Shown one piece after another: positions 24,007-36,098 of a DNA stretch of 64,000 nt (positions are counted from its first letter, which is position 1; each line of letters starts with the position of its first letter). The position numbers and the translations under genes were made by a program. The notes below the pieces were generated by a model. It ran no database searches, had not been told where the DNA came from, and was given only the letters and a program-made list of their open reading frames with translations. This DNA is from Enoplolaimus lenunculus. Lineage: Eukaryota. The stretch is taken from contig JASANG010001276.1 of assembly GCA_030248215.1 (NCBI GenBank), forward strand, positions 62,001 through 126,000, written 5' to 3'.

Positions 24007-27000
24007 GCTGCTGCTGCTGTTGTTGTTGTTGTTATTTGCGGTGTTGTTTCTTCAGTAGCTATGTGATTTTTAACTTCGTTTGCTGTATCAGTTGCAGATG
24101 TTTTTTCTGCAGCGATTTCGTCAAAAGTTTCTTCCGGTAGTTTTGTAACTTGCGCTCCATAAGCTTTATTGTTCTCCACACCGTTTCGAATAGCTATTGG
24201 AATGTAGTGTTCTTGTTTCACTGCAGGCTTCGACTCTTCAAACAGGCTTTCTGCCGCTATTACCGCGTTGTCGTCCGTTTCGTGTATTCGAGTGGTTGAA
24301 CGCAATTCTTCGTTGCTGTCTTTTTGCCAGCTGTCTTCATTGTTTACTTGTTCAGGCTGTTTAGGTGTTAATATTTGTCGTCCGTTGATTTCATTTTCTA
24401 CATTTGTCTGTTCAACGTTCTTGTCCGAATTAGATTGAAATAATTTTGGAGCGCCTATATGTGGCGTATAAGTAACAGGTTGATGGCATTTATGTGGGTT
24501 CTCTGGTGTCATACACATTTCAGCAATAGTGCACGAACGATGCTTTGGCTCGTACGAAAGGTGAAACAGAGTATGCTGATTTTGCATGAGGACAGTCGCG
24601 TTTTTAATCAAACGAAAATAATCCGAATGCCGTTGAACGAATTGATCGTACGCCTTGCATCGATCAGATGAAAGAAAACTGCGAAAACTGCTCCAAAATA
24701 TTGCACCGTGTACACCAAGAAGATTCGGAACTAGTAAAGATAAACAAAGGTCTTCCTGCAACAAAGTATTGATACACTGCAAAAAATGGGAAGTCAAATT
24801 GACTCTCTCGGAAATAGGCTTTTCGTGACTACACAAACTGAGTCAAATTCGACTGCACCAGAGTCAAATTCGATTCACTATGTCGGACGTGTGACTTTGA
24901 CGGAGTGGAATTTGACTCAGTTTGTGTAGTTTGGAAAAACCTATTTCCGAGAGAGAGTCAATTTGACTCACTATTTCTTACAGTGTATGTTTCAATCAAA
25001 ATTAAATTATAACTTAATTAATTTTTAGTGGCCTGATCGGAGAACAATATATCTGACGAAAAAACACACATGTCGCTTGCTACAGAAAGTTAAAGGATTG
25101 TTCGTACAATTAGGTCGACACCGAATCCACAATTTCACAGGTTCCGAATTGTAACCTATTTCGATTTTGCCAAATTTGACGCCGAACCCGGAAATCAACT
25201 TCGAAAAACTATTTTTGCGGATAAGAGTATTGTAAAAAAATAAAAATGTAGCATTCAGACCATATATCGACACCCGAATTACTTTAAGGGGCGTAACAGT
25301 AGACTAAGCGTATTCCTGACCCTAAAGCCAAAGCCTAAGCGTTGCAAAACAAAAGTTCCTAAGCCTAAGCCTAAGCTTAAGCTTAAGCAAAAACTGTAAT
25401 CTAGAATCTAAACCTACTCGTTTATAGACCCACTAGAAACCTGGACGCCCCTTAAAGTAACATGGGCCGAAACGACGTCCAGCGCAGCAAAGGCTACTGG
25501 CTCACGAAAATCTGCTCACCTCAACTGACTTTGATAAACACAAAAATGTGTTTACAAACTTTGTTAGCTTCGGCGTTTTCAAAATACAATCCGAATCCGA
25601 CTCACAGAACTTTTAGCTGAATCTGAAGCTGAGTTTGAACTTATGTTGCCAGCCAACCAACAATGCGCTTCGTTGCCAAACTGTACTGCGTACAACATGA
25701 CAAGTTATTTTCAGTTACATCTGGGTTAGATCTTCCCTATGGTTTCAAAGGCCCATTATAGAACAGGGCCGGATCGGTTTCCGGAGGAGCTATAATAGAG
25801 TCAGTTTAAGCTTTAGACTAATTTTTCTTGCTTAGGCTTAGGCAGAGGCTCATCCATACGCTTAGGCTTAGGCTTAGCCTTAGGCTTAGACTTAGGAGTA
25901 TACTTATATACTACTGTTTCGGCCCTGTTCTATACATGGGCCGCTTCCAAGATACGTTTCTGGCTGAAGTCCGAAATTTAAAATCTATTGTATACTTTAC
26001 CTTTTTGTAAAAATCTAACGTATTGCTGTATGTATCGTATACCAATTTGGTGTAAACGTAAACTGGAATATTTCGTCCGTTGCGTATGCGAAACGATTCG
26101 AAAATTTGATTTTGAATAATTTCAAATTTTTCATCGTACGATAGCGGCCAAAACTCTTCGTTCATGTATACTGACGGAAACAGTCCATCGACCTTTTCGT
26201 ATAACCATGTTAGTCTGAAATGTACCCAAAGTTTATGAAACTTTGTCAGTACCGCTGCAGACAGGGGTGATGGCTCTCCTCACAAACTCCAGGGTGAGAG
26301 TTCTGAACGTAGAGGTGGATCCAGAATTTCTCGGTGTTTGATCTGTCCGAGCTCACGATCGTGTTTGATGGCTGTGCGGACACCTTTCTAAGAAGAGTTT
26401 CACAAAAAAGTTGCGAATGGTGGATCTAGAAGGTGAACCCATGTTTAAAATTAAATATCCACTGCGTGCGCAGCGCGAATTTTTTTGGACATTTTCTGCT
26501 AATGTAGCTAAACAGCTTATAGTTTAGGTAAAAGCTGATACAATCTTTATATGCTCTAACCAGGGGACACAGCACGCGGAACACTTCACTCTAAAACTGT
26601 GCTGATACAATCTTTATATGCTCTAACCAGGGGACACAGCACGCGGAACACTTCACTCTAAAACTGTGCTCAACCATTCTTTAATATTTAATTTCGAATG
26701 AGTTTACTGTAAGCATGTAAGACATGCTTGTCCTAGTGCATATGCAGTAAATGCAATGAACATTGTGTTGTACAGTCGACACATATAGTCGACGAAACAT
26801 GCAGTTGGAGAGGTGGGCGACGTGGCGCAGTGGTAGAGTGTTCGCGTAAGGATCCATAGGCTGAGAGTTCGATCCCCGCTCGAGCCCGCTTTTCCAGCTG
26901 CTTAGTAGAAAGGTCTGATGTCCCGGTTCCTACCTAGACTGACATTTACCTTAAGTAAAATTGTACGCCAACGAGTGTAGCGAGCGGGAAAATTTGCTAA

Positions 27001-29816
27001 CATTTCTTATTTTATGGTCTGTGTAGAGTGTGAAACCGTTAAAATCACGACAAAGTAGAATAGTGTTAAAAACTCGTGAGCGCAGCGAGCGAGAGGCCAG
27101 ACGCATTTTATAAAACTTCGGCAATTTTGTTTCAACCGGTTAAGGTGGGAGCCCCTTTAGTGGTTGGGGTCCCCTTTAAACACGTGATACGGAGGGGTGG
27201 CTGCTCCGGCCCGAAGATTTGAGACTTTTCGTTGGAAGAGTTTAGCCATATTTGTTGAAACTCGGAAATTTGACGTTTACGTTGAGAATAATTAAAGTTC
27301 AAAAGCTGTTGCAGAATCATGTGAGTTTCAAATGTATTGAAATGTTTTTAGTTATAGAAATTTCGGTTCGCACTTCACTGTAAATTCCAATGCGTTCATT
27401 ACTCGATTCAACTAGCGATAGTTGGTTATTTCTGAAATAATATCAGTAAACATTAGTTCACTCTGAGTTGAGTTGAAGTTCACTCTGAGTTGAGTTGATT
27501 CTCACTCTGAGTTGAGTTGACTCTGGGTGAGTTGATTAATTAACTCAAAGTGAATTGAATCAACTCAAAATTCTGAGTTCTGATAGTCCTGACTCAGACT
27601 GAGTGATTCAAATCATTTTGAAAAAAAATCAACCCACTCAAATTTAAAATGTAAGTTTTATTGCCGAGTGAATTATCAATAAGCCATTATTTCACAATAT
27701 ACAAAGTTATAGAAAGTTATTAAATCTATTTTTAGACTCACCTATCGTTCAACCATTTGGCTTTGGCACTACATTGAGTATCTTTGAAGCCCAAACATTC
27801 TGGATGTCGGTAAAATCCCCATTTTGCTTTCGGTCTCAACTTTTGCGCCAGCTCAAGCGTTGACAGTACGAATTTTCTGAAAAAAGCCCAGTATTTTGAG
27901 TACATTTGCAAGGATCAAAAGATTTAAAAGCGTTGAATTTACAAGTTTATAGCAAATGAACTGGCTGCCCTAAGAGCACGCACGAGTTAACCTGTTTATA
28001 CCATGTTTTTAAAGTTCGATAGTTTTCTAACTTGAACTTGAACGTTAACTAACCAATTAAAACTTAATTCGGCATTTTCGTCCAAAATTTTGTAGTTGAC
28101 CAATGAAATGCTGCCAAGCTGCCTAAAATTGAATTGGCTGATGTAAAAGATAATCTGGTTTTCTCGTAACGGTAAACTCATACTTTGTGCTAAAATCGAA
28201 CGCTTTTTCTGCAAGCGCATTTATAAGTCGTCGATTCGTCTCTTTGGGATACATGTTTTGAACAAGGCGTTTAGAATACAACCTGTAAAAAATAGTGATT
28301 ATAAGATATAGCAAAACAACAGTGATGTAAAACCAACGCTGATTGGTTATCGGTATTGCGCCTCTCTAAATAATCAAATTTGATTGGTCTATGACATCAA
28401 TAGCAGTTTAGTCTACGCAAAACTGCGATTACGCAAATAGCAGATTGGCCTAGGCCAATTAGTAATTGGCCTGAATAGCATGGCCTGCGACATATACACT
28501 AGTTTTGTAAACTTGCACCTGAGAGTTATAGCACCAAAACCTGAACATGTGATGGGTTTAATCTGTGCGATTGTTAATATTTTATACATTTATATTTGTT
28601 TCTGTTTCCACGTTTGTCACATTCGTTGTCTGTAAAAATTGATTCCATGTACTTCAAAAAATGCTACTCCGATGAGTCAAATTTAACTTTGGCGGATACG
28701 AATTTGACTCAGTTGTTGTAGTCTCGAAAAGCCTATTTCGGAGACAGTCAGTTTGACTCACCATTTTTTTGCAGTGTGTAGCCAAAATTTTCTTTGCTAA
28801 TATTCATATTTTTAACATTCAAGGCATTCCTACAGTCCTCCATGGTTTTAACTACACCGCATTTATATGTCTAATTAACTGACCGGTATATGCGTTTCTC
28901 GTCCCAATTTGCTTGGTATGTAAATCTCCAACTTTCCCAGTCAATGATTGCCAAACCGTTAAAGTCCGTGTCTGGAATGCGTTGCTCGATATCAGCTTTT
29001 GCTTTTGCCAAATGAGTTGTAAAGTTGACCATCTGAAATAATTCAATAATTCAATACATTTTTGAGTTATAAAATTGATGTGTTTCCAAAAAGATAATTT
29101 AACTTTTTTATCAGTCCGTTTTTATCCTTCCATCTGTAACTGTCAACTTCAATCCGCAATCGAACGCCGGTTATACTCGAGCCAAAATGACACTATACTT
29201 ATTTTTGGCCCAGTCATAATTAGCAATTTGCCAATTTGCTATTTGACCAACAAAGCCAGTTCTGTTATTGCAAAAGTTGTATGAATATTGACGTTTGCAT
29301 TTGCAATTTTAGCAAAGTTAACAAATTAGAAATGTTATAAAGCACTGTTTATAATGACAGAGTTGCGTTTGCATATATCAATGCAGGTATTAGCTTTCCC
29401 ATAGTTTAAAAATAACCAAGCATAAAAGTCTAAATGTTTTTGAAATTGCATTTCATATGAAATTGAAAATATTCAAGCGAGAGAAAGGGTTAAAAAGTAA
29501 CCAAATACAAGTCTAAATGTTTAACCTGCGGAACACCGCCATTAATCGGTAGATACGTGCGTTTATCGACAAATTTGAGTCTTGGGTACAGTCCAAGATG
29601 TTGTTCGTAAAATAGTACAATTTTGTCACCCTTTTGCAACGGATGAAACGATGCGTCCGCATTCGAATTGAATACGCTTTGATCGATGCGTAAACGAGTA
29701 TTAAACTTTGACGAGCATATATCAGACGGTGCATTCCAGTACAAATCGAACGGTGTCGCTAATTGCGACAGAAGCACGCAAAATACTACGATGATTTGCA
29801 GTGGCCAGTGAAACAT
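22719..29816 (-). CDS. Glycoside hydrolase family 56 (hyaluronidase/chondroitin hydrolase) with mucin-like stalk and putative GPI signal, 6 exons, 974 aa
   Basis: Exons (minus strand) 29816-29526, 29032-28884, 28282-28184, 27876-27742, 26214-26001, 24755-22719; GT-AG and phase-consistent. Signal peptide followed by GH56 motifs FDLYWNAPS, LGLYP, INGGVPQ, FNGLAIIDWESWR (catalytic D128-x-E130), LRPKAKWGFY, LFPSVY and GAIFWSS. About 600 aa of Thr/Ser/Asn/Gln-rich sequence follows, ending in a hydrophobic tail (FVLIAWILCTIALYLSVNF). Confidence 0.92.
23845..24033. repeat. (GTT/GCT)n trinucleotide repeat encoding poly-Thr/Ala in the hyaluronidase
   Basis: GTT and GCT triplets read ACA and GCA in frame on the minus strand within the last exon. 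Confidence 0.95.
24775..24985. mobile_element. Palindromic CACTG-ended MITE, TA-flanked
   Basis: TA-CACTGCAAAAAATGG...CTATTTCTTACAGTG-TA with about 90-bp inverted arms. Confidence 0.85.
25278..25468. mobile_element. Telomeric-repeat MITE, type B, left end eroded
   Basis: TTACTTTAAGGGGCGTAACAGTAG...CCTAAG repeats...GCCCCTTAAAGTAACATGGGCC. Confidence 0.8.
25750..25942. mobile_element. Telomeric-repeat MITE, type A
   Basis: GGCCCATTATAGAACAGGGCCGG / GGCCCTGTTCTATACATGGGCC TIRs, (TTAGGC)n core, degenerate TSD GTTTCAAA/GCTTCCAA. Confidence 0.85.
26534..26670. repeat. Perfect 67-bp tandem duplication
   Basis: GCTGATACAATCTTTATATGCTCTAACCAGGGGACACAGCACGCGGAACACTTCACTCTAAAACTGT occurs twice. Confidence 0.92.
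26815..26955 (+). mobile_element. tRNA-derived SINE-like element or tRNA pseudogene
   Basis: GGGCGACG-TGGCGCAGTGG (A box) ... GAGTTCGATCCC (B box) ... GCCC; the anticodon arm does not pair; a non-tRNA tail follows. Confidence 0.6.
27456..27605. repeat. Short tandem repeat (AGTTCACTCTGAGTTGAGTTGA units) with local inverted copies
   Basis: Three to four consecutive CACTCTGAGTTGAGTTGA units followed by AACTCAAA motifs. Confidence 0.65.
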
Positions 29817-30395
29817 GTCTAAAACGACACAAAATTGACCACTTTTCCAGGGTTACAGCCGTTTGTTAACGTTGTTATCCTATCACGTCGGTGAACAGTC
29901 TTCGTAGAACGCCATAATGAAGCAGTTTCCTTGAGTCAAACCCCGCAAACTATAATTGATAATGTTCGATTTTGAACTCAAGTTTATATGTCGCAGTCAT
30001 TTGTTGGGAAGCGAAATTATTTCATCGAAAAGGATCAAATTGCGACTGGCTAACAGTATTATTCAAGAACGCCGTAAATTCATTTGATTCTATGTACTGA
30101 AGAGATATATACTAGGTTTGTAGCTTTAGGAAAATTAAAGTCGATATTATTAATGAATCGGTTACTAATTCGATAAATTTCGTATCTTTAGTTAAAATTT
30201 GGAAAATATATAAATTTGTTGCAATTGTAACTTGTAATATTAATATTTAATTGCTGCCGTGGTGCACCTTAGAGATTTTACTGTTTGGAGCAAAGCGAAC
30301 ATTAGCTTTGGCACGTCAGATTACAATAAAAATAACTGACAACTGTTTATATACTATTAGCAGCTGACGATTTTAGATTTTAGTGGAACAACTTT

Positions 30396-30587
30396 GGCTA
30401 ATGTAAAGAACAGGGGCGGAACAGTAATAAGTATATTCATAAGCCTAAGTCTAAGCGTAAGAATGAGCGTATTCCTAATCCTAAGCCTAAGCCTAAGCCT
30501 AAGCCAAGCAAAAAATAGTCTAAAGCTTAAGCTTACTCTATTGCAATCCCACAGAAAAACGTTCCGCCCCTGATCTTTACATGGGTC
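30396..30587. mobile_element. Telomeric-repeat MITE, type A
   Basis: TIRs, (CCTAAG)4 core, perfect TSD ACAACTTT. Confidence 0.88.
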
Positions 30588-31416
30588 ACAACTTTAAACG
30601 AAGATTTAGTTTTGTATTTGTTAATATACTTACGCTTGTATACATTTCTCACGTGAATATTTTCAATTTCTTATGAGATTTATTATTTACTTTCAATTGG
30701 GATTTGATTTCCGGGCTTTCTCGTCTTTTAGAAATTTTGTACTGCGTATACGCGCAATACTGCACAATCACTGCACGCTGAATGTTATTTCGTGCGCGCA
30801 CTGTTTGCGCTGCATTGCGTATATTAGGTATAATCTATGCAGACCGGGTCTAAAACTGGCTAATTCTCTTACAGTGAAAGTTCATTTGAATACAATGCAG
30901 AACTAGACAGAAGTGGAAGTTACCGCCAAACTCCTGGGTGGGGGCCCCCAAACTCGCGAGCGATACGAGCGAAAAGCCAGACGCGTTTTAAAACTTCGGC
31001 GGTGTTTGTTTCAACCGGTTAGGGTATGGGCCGCTTTAGGGGTGGTCGCCACCCAAATGGGGGTTAAGGTGAGTAGCTACTGCGGTCCTGTTTCAATACT
31101 GGAAACAAATTCTGAGGCAAATGGTATCGGGGCATTGTCAGAAAATTATGCTGAAACACATTGATAAGCGTTTTAGTCCACGTAAAAACTTCAATGTTGC
31201 GTCATTCTACAGTATGTTGATCTAATAGTTGTAGCCCACCAAACCACGAGACTACACAAACTTTAAAAAAACGTTAAAAAATAACTTCAGCATCATGCTG
31301 TTTTGAAACAGAAAAAACGCCATACATTCAAGCACAGATAAACAAGAGTGTTTAATTTTAGTCGATGTTTTGCATGGAAAATAATACTGTTCGCTGCATA
31401 CAAAGGAAAGGTTTAG

Positions 31417-31777
31417 GGTAGAGCTATACTCCTGATGACGTCCGGCGCCGTCCATTATCGTTCGTCACCCGTACAGCGCCGTCCGTCACCCGTACGGTGC
31501 AGTCCGTCACCCGTACGGTGCAGTCCGTCACCCGTACGGTGCAGTCCGTCACCCGTACAGTGCCGTCCGTCACCCGTATAGTGCCGTCCGTCACCCGTAC
31601 GGTGCAGTCCGTCACCCGTACGGTGCAGTCCGTCACCCGTACGGTGCAGTCCGTCACCCGTACGGTGCAGTCCGTCACCGTACATCACCAGGCGGTATCG
31701 TACGTGAATTACTCACATACGATAACGCGCTGATGCACGGTGACGGACGGAGCTGGACGACAAGTATAGCTCCAACC
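31417..31777. mobile_element. TIR element containing a 21-bp minisatellite
   Basis: Ends GGTAGAGCTATACT / AGTATAGCTCCAACC; about 10 tandem copies of GTCCGTCACCCGTACGGTGCA at 31460-31683. Confidence 0.7.
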
Positions 31778-32089
31778 GCTCAGTGGTTGATAGTTCAAAA
31801 CGTGACCATTGAAAATGCAGTCTGATAAGCTTTCGATTACATATCAATTGCGCTATGCCGCATAAGTGAGCAATTAATGCTATTCAGTTACCGAATTCCT
31901 TGTCATGAGTACGCAAGTATCAGGTTTGAACGTTGTTTCGCACAGAACAGAAACAGTTGTTTTCAAAATAGGAGTTCGCTACTGAGAGAGTGTCCGGTGG
32001 ATTAGGTACCCCGCTTGGCGAAAGCCCTTAAACTCTGATTGCTCCCGGTTTAACCGCTCAGTTGCGATATTCTCACCGTTCAACACTTT

Positions 32090-32272
32090 GGCCCCAATGT
32101 AAAGAACACGGGCGGAACAGTATTATATACATATTTCTAAGCCTAAGTGTAAAGCCTAAGCCTAAGCTTAAGCCTAAGCCTAAGCCAAGCAAACAAATTG
32201 AGTCTAAAGCTTAAGCTTTACTCTATTACAATCCCCCAGAAAAATGTTCCGCCCCTGATCTTTACATGGGCC
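32090..32272. mobile_element. Telomeric-repeat MITE, type A
   Basis: GGCCCCAATGTAAAGAAC / GATCTTTACATGGGCC ends and a GCCTAA array. Confidence 0.82.
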
Positions 32273-32614
32273 AACAATTATGTGCAATCAATGGTGGTTC
32301 ACTTCCACGTTGACAACCTGGGTTCCGGTCAAAGTGTCCGTGTCTGTTTGAGCACTGCAATGAATGCCCAACGTATACATGTTTTATATATTATTCAGTA
32401 TCTGAGGGTAACTGATGATGCTCCCTATCACTCTTAAGACGTCTCATGTTTAATCGAAGGTACAAAATGAACCAGTAGAATTGACTGATGCCCATCTTTG
32501 GCGGATCCACAGTTGTCGATCAGCCGGCCACAACGGCCCAAACGTTGAAAGACCGACATCACAGATTGAAGTTACATGCAACAAAATTTACGTCAACTGT
32601 TTGTTACAAAATTG

Positions 32615-32763
32615 AGCCAATGTAAACAACAGAGGCGGAACAGTATTATAAACGTATTCGTAAGCCTAAGCCTAAGCTTAAGCCAGACAAAAGAATTAGT
32701 CTAAACCTAAAGCTTATTCTAGTCCCGCAGAAAAACGGTCCGCCCCTGATGTTTACATGGGCC
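32615..32763. mobile_element. Telomeric-repeat MITE, type A (short)
   Basis: AGCCAATGTAAAC / GTTTACATGGGCC ends and GCCTAA repeats. Confidence 0.78.
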
Positions 32764-33589
32764 TTAAATTTTGTGGTTTTGTGTCCCCATATTCAGTATT
32801 ACATTATGAAAAATCCACGGTCCAGGTGCTAATCCGGGTATCTTAGCCGTACCAGGTCTTGGTTCAGGATTTGACTGAGCAAAAATTTTAGCTCCGGGTC
32901 GGACACAGCTATGGGTCGGACACAGCTCCGGGTCGGACACGGGTCCCTGTTTGTATTTTGATTTGTTGCAACTCTCGATCTGCAAAAACGAATAACAAGC
33001 GCCTGAACAAGATAAGTAGATGCTGAAGATGGTAAAAATTAAATTTAATAAGATATAAAGCCACAGATAGACAGAGTATCCCCTGTAGTGACAGCAATGA
33101 CAAAATCACTTTTAATCAACCGTATTGTATTGGTGAAACGTGCTTGTAAACCGCTAAATTAAAAGTAAAGCTAAAAGGCTACGACGAGAAATGTTCGTAA
33201 ACTGCGGTCACATTTACCACGAAAGCTTTTAAGGATACATAAATGCTGGCCAAATCAGGCGCCATACCTGGCGCTCTTGAAATTTGTGCAATTTCACAAA
33301 AAGTACGTTGGTTGGGCCCATGTAAAGATCAGGGGCGGAGAGTTAAGGTCCGTTACGGAGCTGCACGCTACCCGCGGGTACCCGTAGCTAAACACGGGAC
33401 GGGTAGAAAAATTTTGACACAAGTATACCTGCGGGTAAAAAATTTCAAAACGCGTGTGTACCTTCAAATGCCGGGCGTTCACACTAAAAAGGCTCCTCAA
33501 AATTTTAAAATAAGGTTATTTGCGTCAACATTTTATTTTGTCTGAATAAATATCGTCTAAATTTCTCACTCGCTTCGCTCGCAAAATTC

Positions 33590-33728
33590 ATTAGATTCAG
33601 GATTACCTTTTTTGCTTAGGCTAGGCTTAGGCTTAGGCTTAGGAACTCATTTTTGCAACACTTAGGCTTAGGTTTAGGTTTAGGAATACGCTTAATCTAC
33701 TGTTACGCCCCTTACAGTAACATTGGCC
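33590..33728. mobile_element. Telomeric-repeat MITE, type B, partial
   Basis: (TTAGGC)n followed by TACGCCCCTTACAGTAACATTGGCC; an isolated type A end lies at about 33314-33340. Confidence 0.75.
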
Positions 33729-34483
33729 CACATATGCATATGCCGTTTGAACACTGTCCCCATCCCCACCCTTCTAAGAATTTCACGTTTGCTTCAAAGG
33801 TACAAAACGAAGCTGTTTTATACTGAAATAGTTATTTTTGAGACGGTCAGCACTTAAGTTAATAGGCAGGACTTAGAAATAACTCGAGCGGAGGGGAGAG
33901 CGCTTGTTTAGTTTGGAGGCCACTCACAATGACCTTGGGGCCCCCCTGAAATTGACTTCAGAGTTGCTCACATTGACTTAGAAACGTTTCATCTAAAAGC
34001 CACAGAACTGGTTAGCTGTACTGACTCGGCAAAAAATCAGCTAACCATATTATGCTTTTAGGCTCTACATCTGAACGAATATATTATTACAAACTGTATA
34101 TCTAATTGCGAATAAAATGCTAAAAAAAGCTTCAAAAAACGTGTATATTTTACTATACCCAAGCTGTATATTGAACTATCTACAAGTTTAGATTCAACAC
34201 AATGCCGTATAAAATAATATCCTTTAGTAGACACGGACAGTACGGCATGTAGTCTTTTATATGGTTTTCGCGAAACATATTAGGCGACCGTATACGATTT
34301 ACCATTTAACCCAACGGGTTTTTTTTGCAACAGCTGTATTTGTGGTTTTAAATCCGTTCTGCGTGTGAATAAATAAACCACGACTTGAAATTAAACCGAT
34401 TGGTTTCACATGATCGTAAACCGAACATCCCTCACTGAAACTGCGAAAGGTTTTCGCGTTTGTCTCAACGGCTATAGCACAGC

Positions 34484-34647
34484 CAGGCCCGTAGCCAGCT
34501 CACTTTACTAAGGGAGGATAAAAATTTTTTACGAGAGGCATTCAAGCGTTTTCAATGAGTTACAAGCCAGGTTGGCGGTTTTCTAGGGGGCCCAAAATTT
34601 TGCAGGGGGAGCCATCCCCCTGGATATCCCCGCTGGCTACGGGCCCG
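34484..34647. mobile_element. hAT-like MITE (CAGGCCCGTAGCCAG TIR)
   Basis: TIR CAGGCCCGTAGCCAG / CTGGCTACGGGCCCG, 8-bp flanks AGCACAGC/AGCACAAC; second copy at 38207-38367. Confidence 0.75.
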
Positions 34648-36098
34648 AGCACAACTCTCATACGGTTGGAGGTTGTTTTGGGTGAAAATTTTTCGTAGCG
34701 AACAAAACAAACAAGAAAACTGTGTAGACGATCGGATGGGCATACAGAGGTGTTGGGAAGGCGCTTGAGCAATATACGACTACGAGCACAGCAGGAATAT
34801 TGGATAGCTGGGAGCATGGGATCCACACAACGCTAATCCTATTCGATGAGCTATATCTTAGCTACGCTTTCTAATGTTGTTACGAAGATGATTTGTTCCT
34901 TCCATTGCATTCGAATACTGGGGGTTCGGCAGGACCCCCGCGCACCTGTTGCCGCCCATGTATACACCCGTTATGGTTAAGGTAAAATTCAACGTCACTT
35001 TTTAATTTAGTTTTCCATTCTGTGATCACGCAGGTTTTCAATTTGTATATTCAAAAAATTTTCACAATTTTAGGAATTGACAATTTCAACAGCGTAGAAA
35101 GAGTTATTGATTAAGACTTGAACATAACAACGACTTCGGTCGGCGAGTTTGCCTTTAACCGCATGTTGGCCGAGCTGAGGGACTCAGTAAAACAGGTGCC
35201 TTCGCCAGAATTTTAAAACCAAAAACTTTGTGTTACGATTTAATGCTAAAATTGTGTTCGGGTAATCGTTCGCCAGCGTGGAAGCCACCTTTGTGTTAGT
35301 TGCGTTGTTGCGCACTTGTTCGAGTGTTTTTAAATCTGCGTAAGAGTATAATAGCTTTTTCAAAATGTTAAAGATGATAAAATATTCAGTGTTTTTATCC
35401 AAATAAAAAACGGTAAAATGTTAAGAATATTACACCTTGTGAAATGTATTATATACGCGGTAATGTAGCACTGAACTACAAGTTTTACAGACCGGACTCA
35501 CAGATCAGTGTCATATGTCTCAGGTTTTAAAATACTGATTTTCAAACCTCTAGGAACTACTATGTTTACAATTTTTTCAATTGAATCTCAATAGGTGATT
35601 TTGATTTCTCAAGAGGGCAAATCAACTTTGTTCCAAACATCATCACATTAAAATTCACATGATACAAAATATACATTTCAGTGGTAAAATTTCAAAAATT
35701 TATGCTCCGGTCTGTCACTCACGCATCTGCATGAATGACTAGAAATCGCTGTTATAAACCATGTTTTGCCGTTAGGAATAAAATGTTTTCTGTATATTCA
35801 ATTCGACTATATATTAAAAAAGCTGTTTTAGTAAAGCTTATACGGAAGGGTTTTACCGGTATTTCTTGGTAAAAAATGAGAAAAAAATTCAAAACCGTGT
35901 CAAACTTGGGTATACAAACTGAGAAACTTATTCCGTTCCGACTGTCGACAATAAAAGTTCTGAGAAAAACTATTACTTATGTAAATCTGATTGTTGCGTG
36001 GTGTTGTTAGCAAGCCAGAAACGTTTGGCCTGCGTGGCATTGTTGAGATATTTTTTTATCATTGAAATAATGTCAATAACAGCGGTCACACTATACTA

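Noticed and set aside
23824..24066. Plus-strand poly-Val and poly-Leu ORFs
   Set aside because: Antisense shadows of the poly-Thr microsatellite.
24756..24836. Supplied start of the 705-aa ORF (MCSHEKPISERVNLTSHFLQC)
   Set aside because: This N-terminus lies in a palindromic MITE and intron; similar peptides appear at 36788-36976 and 55453-55695. The real exon begins at 24755.
26815..26887. Functional tRNA gene
   Set aside because: The acceptor stem is only partly paired and no anticodon stem-loop can be drawn; kept as SINE-like.
31424..31733. 21-bp array as a CRISPR or a repeat protein (VTDCTVR)n
   Set aside because: Units are contiguous with no unique spacers, there are no cas genes and the DNA is eukaryotic. 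The open frames result from a stop-free 21-nt unit.
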